Made by a program: the position numbers and the translations under genes
The notes under the pieces: generated by a model
Database searches by the model: none
Seen by the model: the letters and a program-made list of their open reading frames with translations, nothing else
What the model was told of the DNA's origin: nothing
Shown here: positions 37,569 through 47,512 of the stretch, one piece after another
Layout of the letters: each line of letters begins with the position of its first letter
How positions within the stretch are numbered: the stretch's first letter is position 1
From: Verrucomicrobiota bacterium
Lineage (GTDB): Bacteria; Verrucomicrobiota; Verrucomicrobiia; Verrucomicrobiales; DEV007
DNA: 58,569 nucleotides
Assembly: GCA_045046875.1 (NCBI GenBank)
Contig: JASFYY010000146.1
Coordinates: 1-58,569 of the forward strand
Direction of reading: 5' to 3'

Positions 37569-40310
37569 CTATTTCCGCTCTTTTTGAAATGCCGGATCAC
37601 CCGCATCGACAGGCAGTTCGGCATTCCATTCCCAAACGGATTTTTTTAATCTTTCCACTATCTCGGGATTCTTTGCTGCCAGGTTATTGCTTTCGGAAAT
37701 GTCCGCATCGAGATCGTAGAGTTGCGGATCTCTGCCATCGTAGTTTATGAGAAATTTCCACTTTCCTTCACGGACAGCTAGATCGGGGTTATCCTCCTCT
37801 TTGCTGCCGGGACGATCAGGCGGGCGTCGCCAGAAGATGGGTGCCTTACGGCTTGTTTTTATTTTCCCAAGAAGCGTATCAATCAGATTCTCTCCATCGA
37901 GGGTTTCTCCTTGAGGAAGTTCTGTGCCGGTTAATGCGTAAAGAGATCGATTCAAATCCAATGCGCAGAAAATGGATTCGTCATTTGTTGTACCACTTGC
38001 AGCACTCTCAATGATGCCCGGACCCCAGACGATGAGGGGTGAACGGACTCCGCCTTCATAGAGCCAGGTCTTGGAACCTCGGAGAGGATCCGAGGAACCT
38101 GCTCCATCTTCGTGACCATTGTCGGATGCGATCAGGATAAGGGTATTGTTTTTCAATTTTTCATCATTCCTAACCCGGTCGAAAAGGAAAGCTAACTGCT
38201 GGTCCATGGCTTTGAGCACGGCATAATAGAGCTCGCGTTTGCTTCCGTCGGTGGTATCGCGCAGGACTTCTGGCGGGAACCAGGGGCCATGAACATCGTC
38301 AGGCCACAGGTTCAAAAAGAAGGGTTGCTCTGTAACCTGTGCGTGATCGATGAATTTCACCGCCTCTTTGACAAACTCAGCAGTGATAACGGAGCGGTCT
38401 TTCCAGATAATCGGACCTTTGCCGAGGTCGGCTGATCCGAGATCATGTTTTTTTGGCGGCTTGCCGTCGTAGGCGTCTTTCAAAGGGAGGATACGCGGGC
38501 CAAGTCCTTCAAAATTGGTCAAGCTGCGGTCGAATCCGTACTCTGCGATCAATGGTGCATTACCCACATCTCGTTGCCCGCCCATATGCCATTTCCCAAA
38601 ATGCCCAGTTGCGTATCCGGCGCGGCGAAGTTCACGAGCCAAGACCGGAGCTTTGGGATCAAGCCATTGCGCCATGCCGCGTTCACGATTCAGCTTCCTC
38701 CTTGCAAGGTAGGAGCCAATCTTCCATCGCTGTGGATATTGACCCGTGGTGAGTGCGGTCCGTGATGGCGAGCAGATGGGTGAGTTGACGTAGAAATTTG
38801 TGAATTTGATGCCTTCAGCAGCAAGGCGGTCGATGTTTTGTGTCTCTACTCTTTTGCCTCCGAAACAGGAAAGATCCGACCAGCCCATATCGTCGATAAA
38901 CACGATGATGATGTTTACTTTCCCTGATTGGGCGATTCGCTTGGCAGTGCCGAATACCTCTTGGGGATCATTCGTTTGCTTCATCCACGTCTCCACTTTT
39001 TTACGTAAACCTGCGAGACGTTCTGCTTGCGCCGGATCACCGACAAGATTGTTTTGCTCGTAGGGATCATCCGTGACGAAGTAGAGTTCTTCAGCAGGAC
39101 GCTGTTGGTATCGCTTCACCTTACGTTTTGCTTCGGGCGCGGTTTTGGCTTTATTCACCCAACTTTGCCAGTAACCATTATCGCCATGATTTTTTGTCAC
39201 ATGACTGGTGAAACGAAATTCCGGATGAAGGTTGCGGATATATTTCCAGCCGTCAGGTGTCATAGCCGCACGGATGGGATATACATTGTTGTTCCCGTCG
39301 CCGCTGTGGGTAGTGAAAATAACATCGCGGTGGGTCTTTGTTTGCTCCAACAGAACGGGGAGAAAAGAATAACCATCGGTGTGCTTCGGTTTTTTTCCTC
39401 CGGCAACATCCACCAGTGTTGGCAGAATATCGATCCACGAAACCATGGCATCACTGCGAGCTCCGCTCTTTATATGGCCAGGCCATGAAACGATCATCGG
39501 CGTCCGGATTCCGTCGTCGTAGAGATTCCATTTCCCAAAAGGCCACTGCGCTCCGTGGTCGCTGGTATGGAGAAAAAAGGTGTCGTTACCGAGTTTTTCC
39601 CGAGCGAGATCGTAGACCTCACCCAACTCGTGATCCATTTTGTGAATTGCCGCAGTATAGCGTGCCCGCCATTTTCGAGTGGTTGGATTCCTAACGTGAT
39701 TCGGCGGTATTTTTAATTTTGCAGGATCGATTTTTCCGATGTCCTCCGGCCAGGGGACGTGCGGCCAGTTCGTCCCGACAAAAAGGCAAAGAGGTTTTTT
39801 GCTGTCACGTGCTTTCAGCCATTCGAGAGCTTTCGGGATGGCGGTATCTTCATGGTAATTAAAATGCCGGGCCACATCAAATCCATATTCCGCCGTTTGT
39901 CTATAGTGACCGACTTTCCCAAACGAAGCCACTTCGTATCCGAGCTCCTGAAGATAGGCTGGTAGCTTTTTAATATCAGCCCGCGGACGGGAGTGATTCG
40001 GCTCTGCACCATTGTTGGCCGGATAAAGTCCTGTCAAAAGAGCTGCCCGGCTCGGTGCGCAGGAGGGCGATGCAACGTAGGCTTTGTGAAAAGTCATTCC
40101 CGCCTTTGCCAATCGAGCCATATTCGGTGTTTCAATGTCCGGTGAGCCATAAACCGATGAGTCTCGCCAGGTGTGATCGTCCGAGAGAAAGATGACCATA
40201 TCAGGGCGGTCTATTCCTCCTTCCTCTTGAGCAATAAGATCGCTAGGTAACAAATGACCGGAAAAAAGGAGCGCCGCGAGAATAGACACCTTTATTGAAA
40301 TGATTTTCAT
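37569..40310 (-). CDS. tandem two-domain sulfatase
   Basis: CAPSRAALLTG and CSPSRTALTTG, each with its own DD and SDHG/SDNG motifs. Confidence 0.93.
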   Translation of the reverse strand: MKIISIKVSILAALLFSGHLLPSDLIAQEEGGIDRPDMVIFLSDDHTWRDSSVYGSPDIETPNMARLAKAGMTFHKAYVASPSCAPSRAALLTGLYPANNGAEPNHSRPRADIKKLPAYLQELGYEVASFGKVGHYRQTAEYGFDVARHFNYHEDTAIPKALEWLKARDSKKPLCLFVGTNWPHVPWPEDIGKIDPAKLKIPPNHVRNPTTRKWRARYTAAIHKMDHELGEVYDLAREKLGNDTFFLHTSDHGAQWPFGKWNLYDDGIRTPMIVSWPGHIKSGARSDAMVSWIDILPTLVDVAGGKKPKHTDGYSFLPVLLEQTKTHRDVIFTTHSGDGNNNVYPIRAAMTPDGWKYIRNLHPEFRFTSHVTKNHGDNGYWQSWVNKAKTAPEAKRKVKRYQQRPAEELYFVTDDPYEQNNLVGDPAQAERLAGLRKKVETWMKQTNDPQEVFGTAKRIAQSGKVNIIIVFIDDMGWSDLSCFGGKRVETQNIDRLAAEGIKFTNFYVNSPICSPSRTALTTGQYPQRWKIGSYLARRKLNRERGMAQWLDPKAPVLARELRRAGYATGHFGKWHMGGQRDVGNAPLIAEYGFDRSLTNFEGLGPRILPLKDAYDGKPPKKHDLGSADLGKGPIIWKDRSVITAEFVKEAVKFIDHAQVTEQPFFLNLWPDDVHGPWFPPEVLRDTTDGSKRELYYAVLKAMDQQLAFLFDRVRNDEKLKNNTLILIASDNGHEDGAGSSDPLRGSKTWLYEGGVRSPLIVWGPGIIESAASGTTNDESIFCALDLNRSLYALTGTELPQGETLDGENLIDTLLGKIKTSRKAPIFWRRPPDRPGSKEEDNPDLAVREGKWKFLINYDGRDPQLYDLDADISESNNLAAKNPEIVERLKKSVWEWNAELPVDAGDPAFQKERK

Positions 40311-40483
40311 ATTACATTTACCTGGGTTCATAGCTTTCCTCATGATTTTTAAATACGTCCATCCCTGCTTGATCTTACGAGGAACCTTCCATGCAGCGCC
40401 TCCCATAGCGAAGAGGTCATCAAAGAGAAGATGAGAATTGGGTGAAGAATCCTTTTCACGGTAATTTGGGATTGGGAATTTTA

Positions 40484-40523
40484 AAGTTTAGGCCTGTTCA
40501 TGCGGGATGCCAAATGTTTTGCT
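40484..40523 (-). repeat. inverted copy of the esterase upstream element 20670-20709
   Basis: 34/40 nt identity; core tggcatcccg also at 45829-45838. Confidence 0.8.
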
Positions 40524-40557
40524 TTCAACTATTTATTCCAGGTGATAATTTCTTCTC

Positions 40558-42453
40558 ATGAACAGAATAGGAGTAGCTCACAAAATAGGCTGGATCAGTG
40601 GGTGCTGGCTGATCCTCATCGCTGCTCCTTTGTTATCCCAGCAGAAACAATCCCAGGAAAAAATCCCCTCTCTGAGAAACCTGCAGTTTATCAATCGGGT
40701 GCATGTTGAAACACTAAAAAGCTCTCTGAATGATCTGAGCCAGAAATATCGGCAAGCATTGACCCAATTGCAGGAGAAGTCCCAACAATCTGGGAACCTA
40801 AACCAAGCGATAGCTCTGCGTGACGAGTTGACACGTCACGCAGCGAACCAGGCCCCTGTCTCGACATTTTCAGAAATCCCCTCATTGGCCAAGCTTCAAA
40901 AAATCTATTTACTTAGTTATGCAAAAGAAGAAGCTACGTTGAAAAAACAGCTCGCTAAGGCAAAACTGGACTACCAAAAAAAGCTGCAGGTGATGATGCG
41001 CAAGCTCATGGCGGAAGGCAAACAGGAAGAAGCTGACAAGGTTCTGGCCGCTTTCGCCGAAATAGACCATCCGTCAGGAGGAGGCCCCTTGCCGTTTAAA
41101 GAACGACTGAACAGCGATCAATACCAGACACACTTGACCCGAGCCCGGCTGGATTTAGAAAAAATAAAAAATAGCGAGCGAAGCCCCTATGCTTATGTCG
41201 TCAAATCAGTGGCCCCCGATAGTGTAGCGGAAAACCTGGGAATTCAACCCGGAGACCGGATCATCAAAGTGGACGGGCAGGAGTTATGGTGTGATCATTT
41301 GGATTGGCATCACGAAAAAAAACTCCGTGAACTTGTTTGGGAGGATGCAGAAGGGAAGCAGCAAGCGGCGGAGATCGGGTCGGGGAAAATCGGCATTTTA
41401 TATGAAGGTGATCTCATCTTTCATCAGTATTACCTGATGTTTGGCAAACGAAATCCGCGTTGGGATAAATTTATCCTGACCGCCTTGTTGGCCGCCGAGA
41501 CAGATCCGGATCTGGCGGAAACAGCGATGCAGCAGGCAGTGGCGGAGGGTTATCAAGCGGATGGGTTTTCCAGTGCCATCGGGGTGTTGATTGCGCTCCG
41601 GGAAAATCGCTTGAACGATGCGCTGAAATTTGCCCGACATATTCTCAAGCAAGCTGGAAATGATGCTGGTGAAATTCCTCGCGCCATATTTACGGTTTTC
41701 TACCGAGCCGCACTCGCTGCCGGGCAATTGGACCTTCTGGAGCAAGCTGACCGTGAAGCGGGCAATCAACTCAGTCGTCTCGACGAAGAGCGCTGGCCGG
41801 AATTCATCAGCCATTGGAGAACTGTGCGAACGGATTGGAAGACATCCGGGCGTCCGTCCAGGAAAATTCCGGATAAGCTTAAAGATGATGTTTTCAAAAA
41901 ACGCAAACTGATCACCGACTTTATGTCTGGGAAAAAGGTGGACATCCCCCGCCGGCAGGTGGGTCCGGATATCATTAGTATAACTCCCAATCATTTCATC
42001 ACATCCTTTCATGCCATCGACGGAGGACTGCAGAATTTTGTCTGGGAGACTGTTTTTGAAGCGAAGCCCAACGATGCTACCTCTGAGCATCATCGTTTCC
42101 AACCAATGCTTGAGTTTAGCGCTCTCAATTACCTCAAAGGAGGCAAGCAACCGCTTGCGTCAGCTCAATTTTTTAAAACGAGAGGAAGCCAACATCGCTT
42201 AATGCTCAGAGGAGGCCAGACCGCATGGTTCCGGCCTTATTTTCACAGCAAATGGGATGCGGGAGATAAGTCAGGCACCACCAGACTGCGCATCATCCGA
42301 ATCGACAACGAAGTCGAAATTCAAGTGAACGGCGGGACTCAACTGTGGTTGCCGCTGGATCAGCAAGTGCAGATCCATGATGTTGGATTTTATATCAAGA
42401 TAGTAGGTATGACCGTGAATTTCAAAGAAAGCCATATCTGGAGGCTTCCGTAA
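40558..42453 (+). CDS. secreted protein with helical N-terminal module and PDZ domain
   Basis: Signal peptide; VAPDSVAENLGIQPGDRIIKVDG PDZ signature. Confidence 0.75.
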   Translation: MNRIGVAHKIGWISGCWLILIAAPLLSQQKQSQEKIPSLRNLQFINRVHVETLKSSLNDLSQKYRQALTQLQEKSQQSGNLNQAIALRDELTRHAANQAPVSTFSEIPSLAKLQKIYLLSYAKEEATLKKQLAKAKLDYQKKLQVMMRKLMAEGKQEEADKVLAAFAEIDHPSGGGPLPFKERLNSDQYQTHLTRARLDLEKIKNSERSPYAYVVKSVAPDSVAENLGIQPGDRIIKVDGQELWCDHLDWHHEKKLRELVWEDAEGKQQAAEIGSGKIGILYEGDLIFHQYYLMFGKRNPRWDKFILTALLAAETDPDLAETAMQQAVAEGYQADGFSSAIGVLIALRENRLNDALKFARHILKQAGNDAGEIPRAIFTVFYRAALAAGQLDLLEQADREAGNQLSRLDEERWPEFISHWRTVRTDWKTSGRPSRKIPDKLKDDVFKKRKLITDFMSGKKVDIPRRQVGPDIISITPNHFITSFHAIDGGLQNFVWETVFEAKPNDATSEHHRFQPMLEFSALNYLKGGKQPLASAQFFKTRGSQHRLMLRGGQTAWFRPYFHSKWDAGDKSGTTRLRIIRIDNEVEIQVNGGTQLWLPLDQQVQIHDVGFYIKIVGMTVNFKESHIWRLP

Positions 42454-42529
42454 GGGGGGAGATGCACAAAGCCGGGAAGCCGTGATCTAACAAAATCCTG
42501 GCTCATCCACTAGTGCAAAAAGGCATTCA

Positions 42530-43852
42530 TTATCGGAGAAATTCAAGCTTACCACCCTTGATCTCGTATTTCACAGAGGAGCCGACTTTGCCATTTAGTT
42601 CCTCGACTGGTTTCAGATTGAATTTATAATGCTCCTCCTCGGCAGGCAGTTTGGGTTCGCCCCCTTTGTAATAGAGAGTGGCTAAAGTTCTTGTTACAAT
42701 AGGAAACTGTTGCCGGGTAAATCGGCAGTTTTCGAAAACACAATCCTCTGTTGCAAGCAGAATACCAATTGGAATATCACAATCCCGGAACAGGCAGCGC
42801 TCAAACTTCCACCAGGGATTCACCGATTCTTTACCGGCGTCTTCCAGGTAACCGTAAGGCTCAAAATCAACCGATTCAAAAGTGCACCGGTTGGCTTTGA
42901 CTCCGACAAGTCGAGCTCTCCAAGTCGTGAAAAACGACTTGGATATCACGCAATCGTCGTAGGTCCATCGTGAAGAAAGCGCGTTGCCCCAAGCGCCCGC
43001 TTTAGCGAATGTTGATTGGTCAATCAAACAACCCTTGGCGATGAATTCACCACCAAGATTTTGTGTGAATTGGACTTTCCGCAGCAGGCTGTCAGTCAGA
43101 TCCAATAAGCCGACGTCCATATAGATTTCTCCTCCATCAAAAACGCTTCCTGCAGCAACTTTTATCTTACCACGCTTTTCGGCGCTGCTCAGTTTCGTAT
43201 TATTACGATCTCCGATCACTGTCCGTCCAATATTCTTATATCTCCCCACCTTAAGTCTGTGATCACCGGTGACCGGTTTAGCATGCCCCAGTATAGAATC
43301 CTTAATCTCTACCACTTCGCTACTGAGAACTGGTTTACCGGCGCTGAGCGAATTATTCGACAAGTCCATGGATTTTTTGATGCCTTCCATCCTTTGGTCT
43401 ATTGCCATAGCTTCTTCGAGTGCCCCGGCCTGAGTCAGTGATTTCCGAAGAGGCTCCAGCACCCTGATCAGTGTTTTACCAAGGCCATTGAGGCTGGCGA
43501 CTTCGTTTTTCTCGATCGTTGCAAGTCGGTCAACCATGGTCTGGCGAAGGCTGTCAATACCTGGAAAGGCTACGCTCCCCAAAGCGCGATCGGTGCGGGC
43601 TTTTTCCGTTTCGGATTTCGCTAATAATGCATTTTTGAGATCACCGGACTGCTGAAACGATTTTTGTAATCGCTCCACTGCTTTTGCGTATTGGTCGAAC
43701 AGCGTTGTTTTTTCCTTTTCGAATTTGCTGCGAGCATCCGTGACGGCAACTTTATATTTATCGTTATACTCATCTAATCCAGCAGCATATATGTTACTGG
43801 AAACACTGAGCAGCACTAATAAATATAACAAGCGTTGAAAGGATAGATGCAT
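42530..43852 (-). CDS. secreted hypothetical protein with helical N-terminus and beta-helix-like C-terminus
   Basis: Signal peptide; repeated CxF/CxI motifs (RCTF, RCLF, DCVF, NCRF). Confidence 0.75.
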   Translation of the reverse strand: MHLSFQRLLYLLVLLSVSSNIYAAGLDEYNDKYKVAVTDARSKFEKEKTTLFDQYAKAVERLQKSFQQSGDLKNALLAKSETEKARTDRALGSVAFPGIDSLRQTMVDRLATIEKNEVASLNGLGKTLIRVLEPLRKSLTQAGALEEAMAIDQRMEGIKKSMDLSNNSLSAGKPVLSSEVVEIKDSILGHAKPVTGDHRLKVGRYKNIGRTVIGDRNNTKLSSAEKRGKIKVAAGSVFDGGEIYMDVGLLDLTDSLLRKVQFTQNLGGEFIAKGCLIDQSTFAKAGAWGNALSSRWTYDDCVISKSFFTTWRARLVGVKANRCTFESVDFEPYGYLEDAGKESVNPWWKFERCLFRDCDIPIGILLATEDCVFENCRFTRQQFPIVTRTLATLYYKGGEPKLPAEEEHYKFNLKPVEELNGKVGSSVKYEIKGGKLEFLR

Positions 43853-44170
43853 AACTGACTACTAAAAATTTGATTTTCCGCCTCCCTGCCCTCTTGCCCG
43901 CCATAAACTCAGCGAAGGAGCTTTCAATTACCGAACCGGAGTTGACGGAAAGGAAGCGGTGAATCCGGTTCATTTTTCGCGATTAGAACACGGGATATTT
44001 CTACCGTCAAGACTAATGAGCAGGCAAATCAAAGGCTTCACTCACCTTGCAAGACCTCCCCGAATTCAGGATAATAAGAGCCAAGCCTGTTCTGTTTTTG
44101 AAACCATTCCTTCAAGAAGTCATGACTAGGAGCGCATCAACTGGGGACATCGGCGGATCTCACAATAAAA

Positions 44171-45739
44171 TCAGTTTTCCAAACCCCATTCCAACAATCT
44201 CGGCAATACGTCCCGCAGCCCATCGCTTTGCTCGGGATGCGGACTGATGCCAATCACACGCCCTTTACCGAATTGGCCTCGCAAAATAGCGGGGGAATTG
44301 ATCTGAATGCCTTTGGGGGATCCGTTTTTAGCAGTTTCAGTTTTGAAAATAGCGACGGTTTCAAAATCAGGGATCGCGCCTGAATTGGCGGGAGCCATCA
44401 CGGGACCGTTGATGTAGGTGACTTTGGCTTTGTTGGATTTCAGGCCCATTTCTGAAAAGGGCAGGACATCAGAAAATTCGAGATCAAGACTCGCGCGGCC
44501 ACGCTTCCATTTTCCGGGCAAGGTCTTCGCATCGAGAATCTTTAAACTCCACGAGAAATTTTCACATGCTAAATAACAACCCGCGCAGACGCCGACATAC
44601 ACTCCGCCATCGGAAATGAATTCGCGCACGTTCTCGAGCCCCTCTTGCTGCAACGATGCCGATTCCTTACGCCCACTTCCACCAGGGAAAATTACAGCGT
44701 CGAAATCATCGAGCGTTCCTTCGCGAATGTCGGCTCCGCTAACGATTCGGGTTGTGTATTTTTCAGGTTCGCTCTCCAGACGTTCGCGGATTTCACGTGA
44801 ACCATTACCACCGACTCCGCCATCCTGATAAATCGCAATGTATTTCAGTTTATCCTCCGGCTTTTTGAAAACAAGATCACTAGGAGCGTTTTCGATCATT
44901 TTGAGATTCCTCAAAATTCGATGCACCATCAGTCGGTGTTGGCGAATGCGAACAGCGAGGGGGACGCCTTTGTAGGTGGTTTCTAAAATTGCCCCCACCG
45001 CGCCAAGCCGTTCCATCGAGGCGCGGACGAGGCTGCCGTTTGCGGTCATTGTATCGGATTTCAGCACAAAAAGATCGTCAGGATCATCAATCGAAGCGTT
45101 CACGACAGCGAGTGCGTGCTCAAAAATCGGCAACGTAGCCTCGTTCGGACTGCACAAAATAGACGATCCCACGGACTTCGGATTTTGGCGATTGATCGCG
45201 AACCCTTCGTGCAGGTCGATGACCCAGTCTGGTTTCTGGGATTTCACAACCGCCCACACGATTTTCGCTAATTCCGTTCGCGCTTCATTGGGTTCACCGG
45301 TTTTTGGGAAGTTTCGATTTAGATCCGAGATTTCAGGTGCGGAATTCGGGATTCGGCGCTCTCCGGCATCGAGCGCTTGTTGGTTCACCCGCGGGATTAC
45401 GATCAGTTTTCCCTGTGTAACGGGCCAATGCCTAATTTGATCCGCGGCAAAAGCTCCGGCTGATTCATTGCCATGAATACCGCCGGTGATCAACACCGTT
45501 GGCCCCTCTTTTCCTGAATCTAAATAATAAACGGGGGTTTCCCATTCCGTTCCCGTTGCAATAGTGGTCGGAAGCGCTTGTTTTTCCTGGCCGTGGGCAG
45601 CCAGTGCAAAAATCAAACTAATGACATGGAGCAAGTGTCGTGGAATTTTACCGCTAGAAAATTGCTTTTTCAAATCTGGCGTTTGACTGAGGGCGGAAGT
45701 CACTATCTGAAAAAAGGGGGTAGATAAGACGGCTCTCAT
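44171..45739 (-). CDS. M14 succinylglutamate desuccinylase/aspartoacylase domain fused to BPL_N (GATase-like) domain
   Basis: IHGNE, DLNRNFP and DLHEG; then FPGGSG, GVCAG and SPHPE. Confidence 0.85.
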   Translation of the reverse strand: MRAVLSTPFFQIVTSALSQTPDLKKQFSSGKIPRHLLHVISLIFALAAHGQEKQALPTTIATGTEWETPVYYLDSGKEGPTVLITGGIHGNESAGAFAADQIRHWPVTQGKLIVIPRVNQQALDAGERRIPNSAPEISDLNRNFPKTGEPNEARTELAKIVWAVVKSQKPDWVIDLHEGFAINRQNPKSVGSSILCSPNEATLPIFEHALAVVNASIDDPDDLFVLKSDTMTANGSLVRASMERLGAVGAILETTYKGVPLAVRIRQHRLMVHRILRNLKMIENAPSDLVFKKPEDKLKYIAIYQDGGVGGNGSREIRERLESEPEKYTTRIVSGADIREGTLDDFDAVIFPGGSGRKESASLQQEGLENVREFISDGGVYVGVCAGCYLACENFSWSLKILDAKTLPGKWKRGRASLDLEFSDVLPFSEMGLKSNKAKVTYINGPVMAPANSGAIPDFETVAIFKTETAKNGSPKGIQINSPAILRGQFGKGRVIGISPHPEQSDGLRDVLPRLLEWGLEN

Positions 45740-45881
45740 GCGTGCGATCTAATCATCGTTTTGATAGACTGTCAAACAAGTGCTAAAAATGAACACGCCA
45801 GCTTGACTCCTCCCCATCACAAAAGATCTGGCATCCCGACCGAATCCGGCTAAATTTAAAATGCGGCCAATCTAAAACCCC

Positions 45882-45953
45882 ATGAAACTCTTTCTCCAAT
45901 CCCTCGTTTGCCTTTGTCTGCTGAATACCGACGAATTTCTCACTCACGTGTGA
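45882..45953 (+). pseudogene. 23-codon chimeric mini-ORF (esterase start plus PSD1 end)
   Basis: MKLFLQSLVCLCLL-NTDEFLTHV*; 45919-45953 matches the PSD1 end at 29/35 nt; stops 5 nt before the DUF1501 ATG. Confidence 0.75.
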
Positions 45954-45958
45954 AAACC

Positions 45959-47419
45959 ATGAACGCCGCCGAACAAAACAGACTGGACGAAGCCCAGAGC
46001 GACTTTATACTCGCCCGCACCCGCAGGCATTTTTTCCAGGATTCCGGACTCGGTTTGGGATCGATCGCACTGGCCAACCTTCTCGGATCGGGAAAAACCC
46101 ACGCAGCCCAAGCCGCGCAGAACGCTAACCGCCCCGACTTCGCACCCAAGGCAAAAAACGTCATCTTTCTGTTCATGGCAGGCGGCCCCAGTCAATTTGA
46201 ACTGCTCAGCGACAAACCCAAGCTCAGGGAGCTCAACGGCCAGGTGGCCCCCGATTCATTTTTTCCCAAAGAGAAAAATTTCGCCTTCATCGGCAAAGGC
46301 GCCAAACTGCTAGGCTCTCAAAGAACTTTCAAAAGACACGGCCAATGCGGCAAAGCCATTTCCGAGTTACTGCCCCACACCGCCCGCATCGCAGATGACC
46401 TCTGTTTCCTCGATGGCATGACCACCGATGTTTTTAATCACGGTCCGGCCAAACTGTTCATGAACACCGGCTTCCAGGTTCCCGGGCGTCCCAGCATGGG
46501 ATCATGGGTCACATACGGCTTGGGATCCGACTCCCAGGATCTGCCCGGCTTTGTGGTGCTGCAATCCGGCCCACGCGGTCCACGGGCAGGCAACGCGCTG
46601 TGGTCTTCAGGATTCCTACCGACCTCCTACCAGGGAGTGCCCTTCCGCAGCAGCGGCGACCCCATTCTCAATCTCAACAGCCCACCGGGTTTCGATGCCA
46701 CCTCACAGAAGGACTTCTTCAAACTCGTCGGCGAGCTCAACCGCAAGCGTCTCGAAAGCACCGGTGATCCGGAAATCGCCACCCGCATCGCTGCCGGTGA
46801 AATGGCCTACCGCATGCAGACCAGTGCCCCGGAACTGATGGATATCAAATCAGAACCCAAAGCTGTGCTCGAACGATATGGTGCCCAGCCCGGGGCCAAC
46901 ACCTACGCCAACAACTGCCTGCTCGCCCGCCGTATGGTCGAACGCGGCGTGCGCTTCATCCAACTTTATCACACCGATTGGGATGACCACGGCAACCCTA
47001 ACGAAAATCTTGGTGCACCCCTGGAGAAACGGTGCCTACAAATTGACCGCGCCAATGCAGCCTTGATCACCGACCTCAAACATCGTGGATTACTTGAGGA
47101 CACCATCGTCATCTGGGGAGGAGAATTCGGCCGCACCCCGATGGGCGAAGTGCGCAAGTCTCTGGTCGGACGGGATCACCACATCGACGCTTTCAGCATG
47201 TGGGTCGCAGGTGGCGGATTCAGGCCCGGCCTCATCCATGGCAAAACCGACGAACTCGGATTCTCCATCACTGAAGGCAAAGTCCATGTCCACGACCTGC
47301 AAGCCACCATTCTTCATCAGCTCGGTTTCGATCACGAAAAACTCACCTTCCGTTTCCAAGGCCGCGACTACCGCCTCACCGACATCGAAGGCCATGTGGT
47401 CAATGAGATCATCACCTAA
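45959..47419 (+). CDS. DUF1501 family protein, PSD1-partner type
   Basis: TRRHFF, FLFMAGGPSQ, RPSMGSW, LARRMVERGVRF, GEFGRTP and RLTD motifs. Confidence 0.93.
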   Translation: MNAAEQNRLDEAQSDFILARTRRHFFQDSGLGLGSIALANLLGSGKTHAAQAAQNANRPDFAPKAKNVIFLFMAGGPSQFELLSDKPKLRELNGQVAPDSFFPKEKNFAFIGKGAKLLGSQRTFKRHGQCGKAISELLPHTARIADDLCFLDGMTTDVFNHGPAKLFMNTGFQVPGRPSMGSWVTYGLGSDSQDLPGFVVLQSGPRGPRAGNALWSSGFLPTSYQGVPFRSSGDPILNLNSPPGFDATSQKDFFKLVGELNRKRLESTGDPEIATRIAAGEMAYRMQTSAPELMDIKSEPKAVLERYGAQPGANTYANNCLLARRMVERGVRFIQLYHTDWDDHGNPNENLGAPLEKRCLQIDRANAALITDLKHRGLLEDTIVIWGGEFGRTPMGEVRKSLVGRDHHIDAFSMWVAGGGFRPGLIHGKTDELGFSITEGKVHVHDLQATILHQLGFDHEKLTFRFQGRDYRLTDIEGHVVNEIIT

Positions 47420-47512
47420 AGAAGCTGCCTGTCGCGCCATAGCCCGCAGGGCGAAGGCGGATAGGTCTTATGTTTTTCCATTCTAAACCCTGAATCCTGA
47501 ACCCTTCTTCCA

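Noticed and set aside
34692..45953. CRISPR array or integron attC array
   Set aside because: Repeats are irregularly spaced, degenerate and derived from gene ends; no cas genes, intI or attC-like palindromes seen
45908..45958. N-terminal extension of DUF1501 from TTG 45908
   Set aside because: The region is the chimeric scar read in another frame; ATG 45959 is the better start
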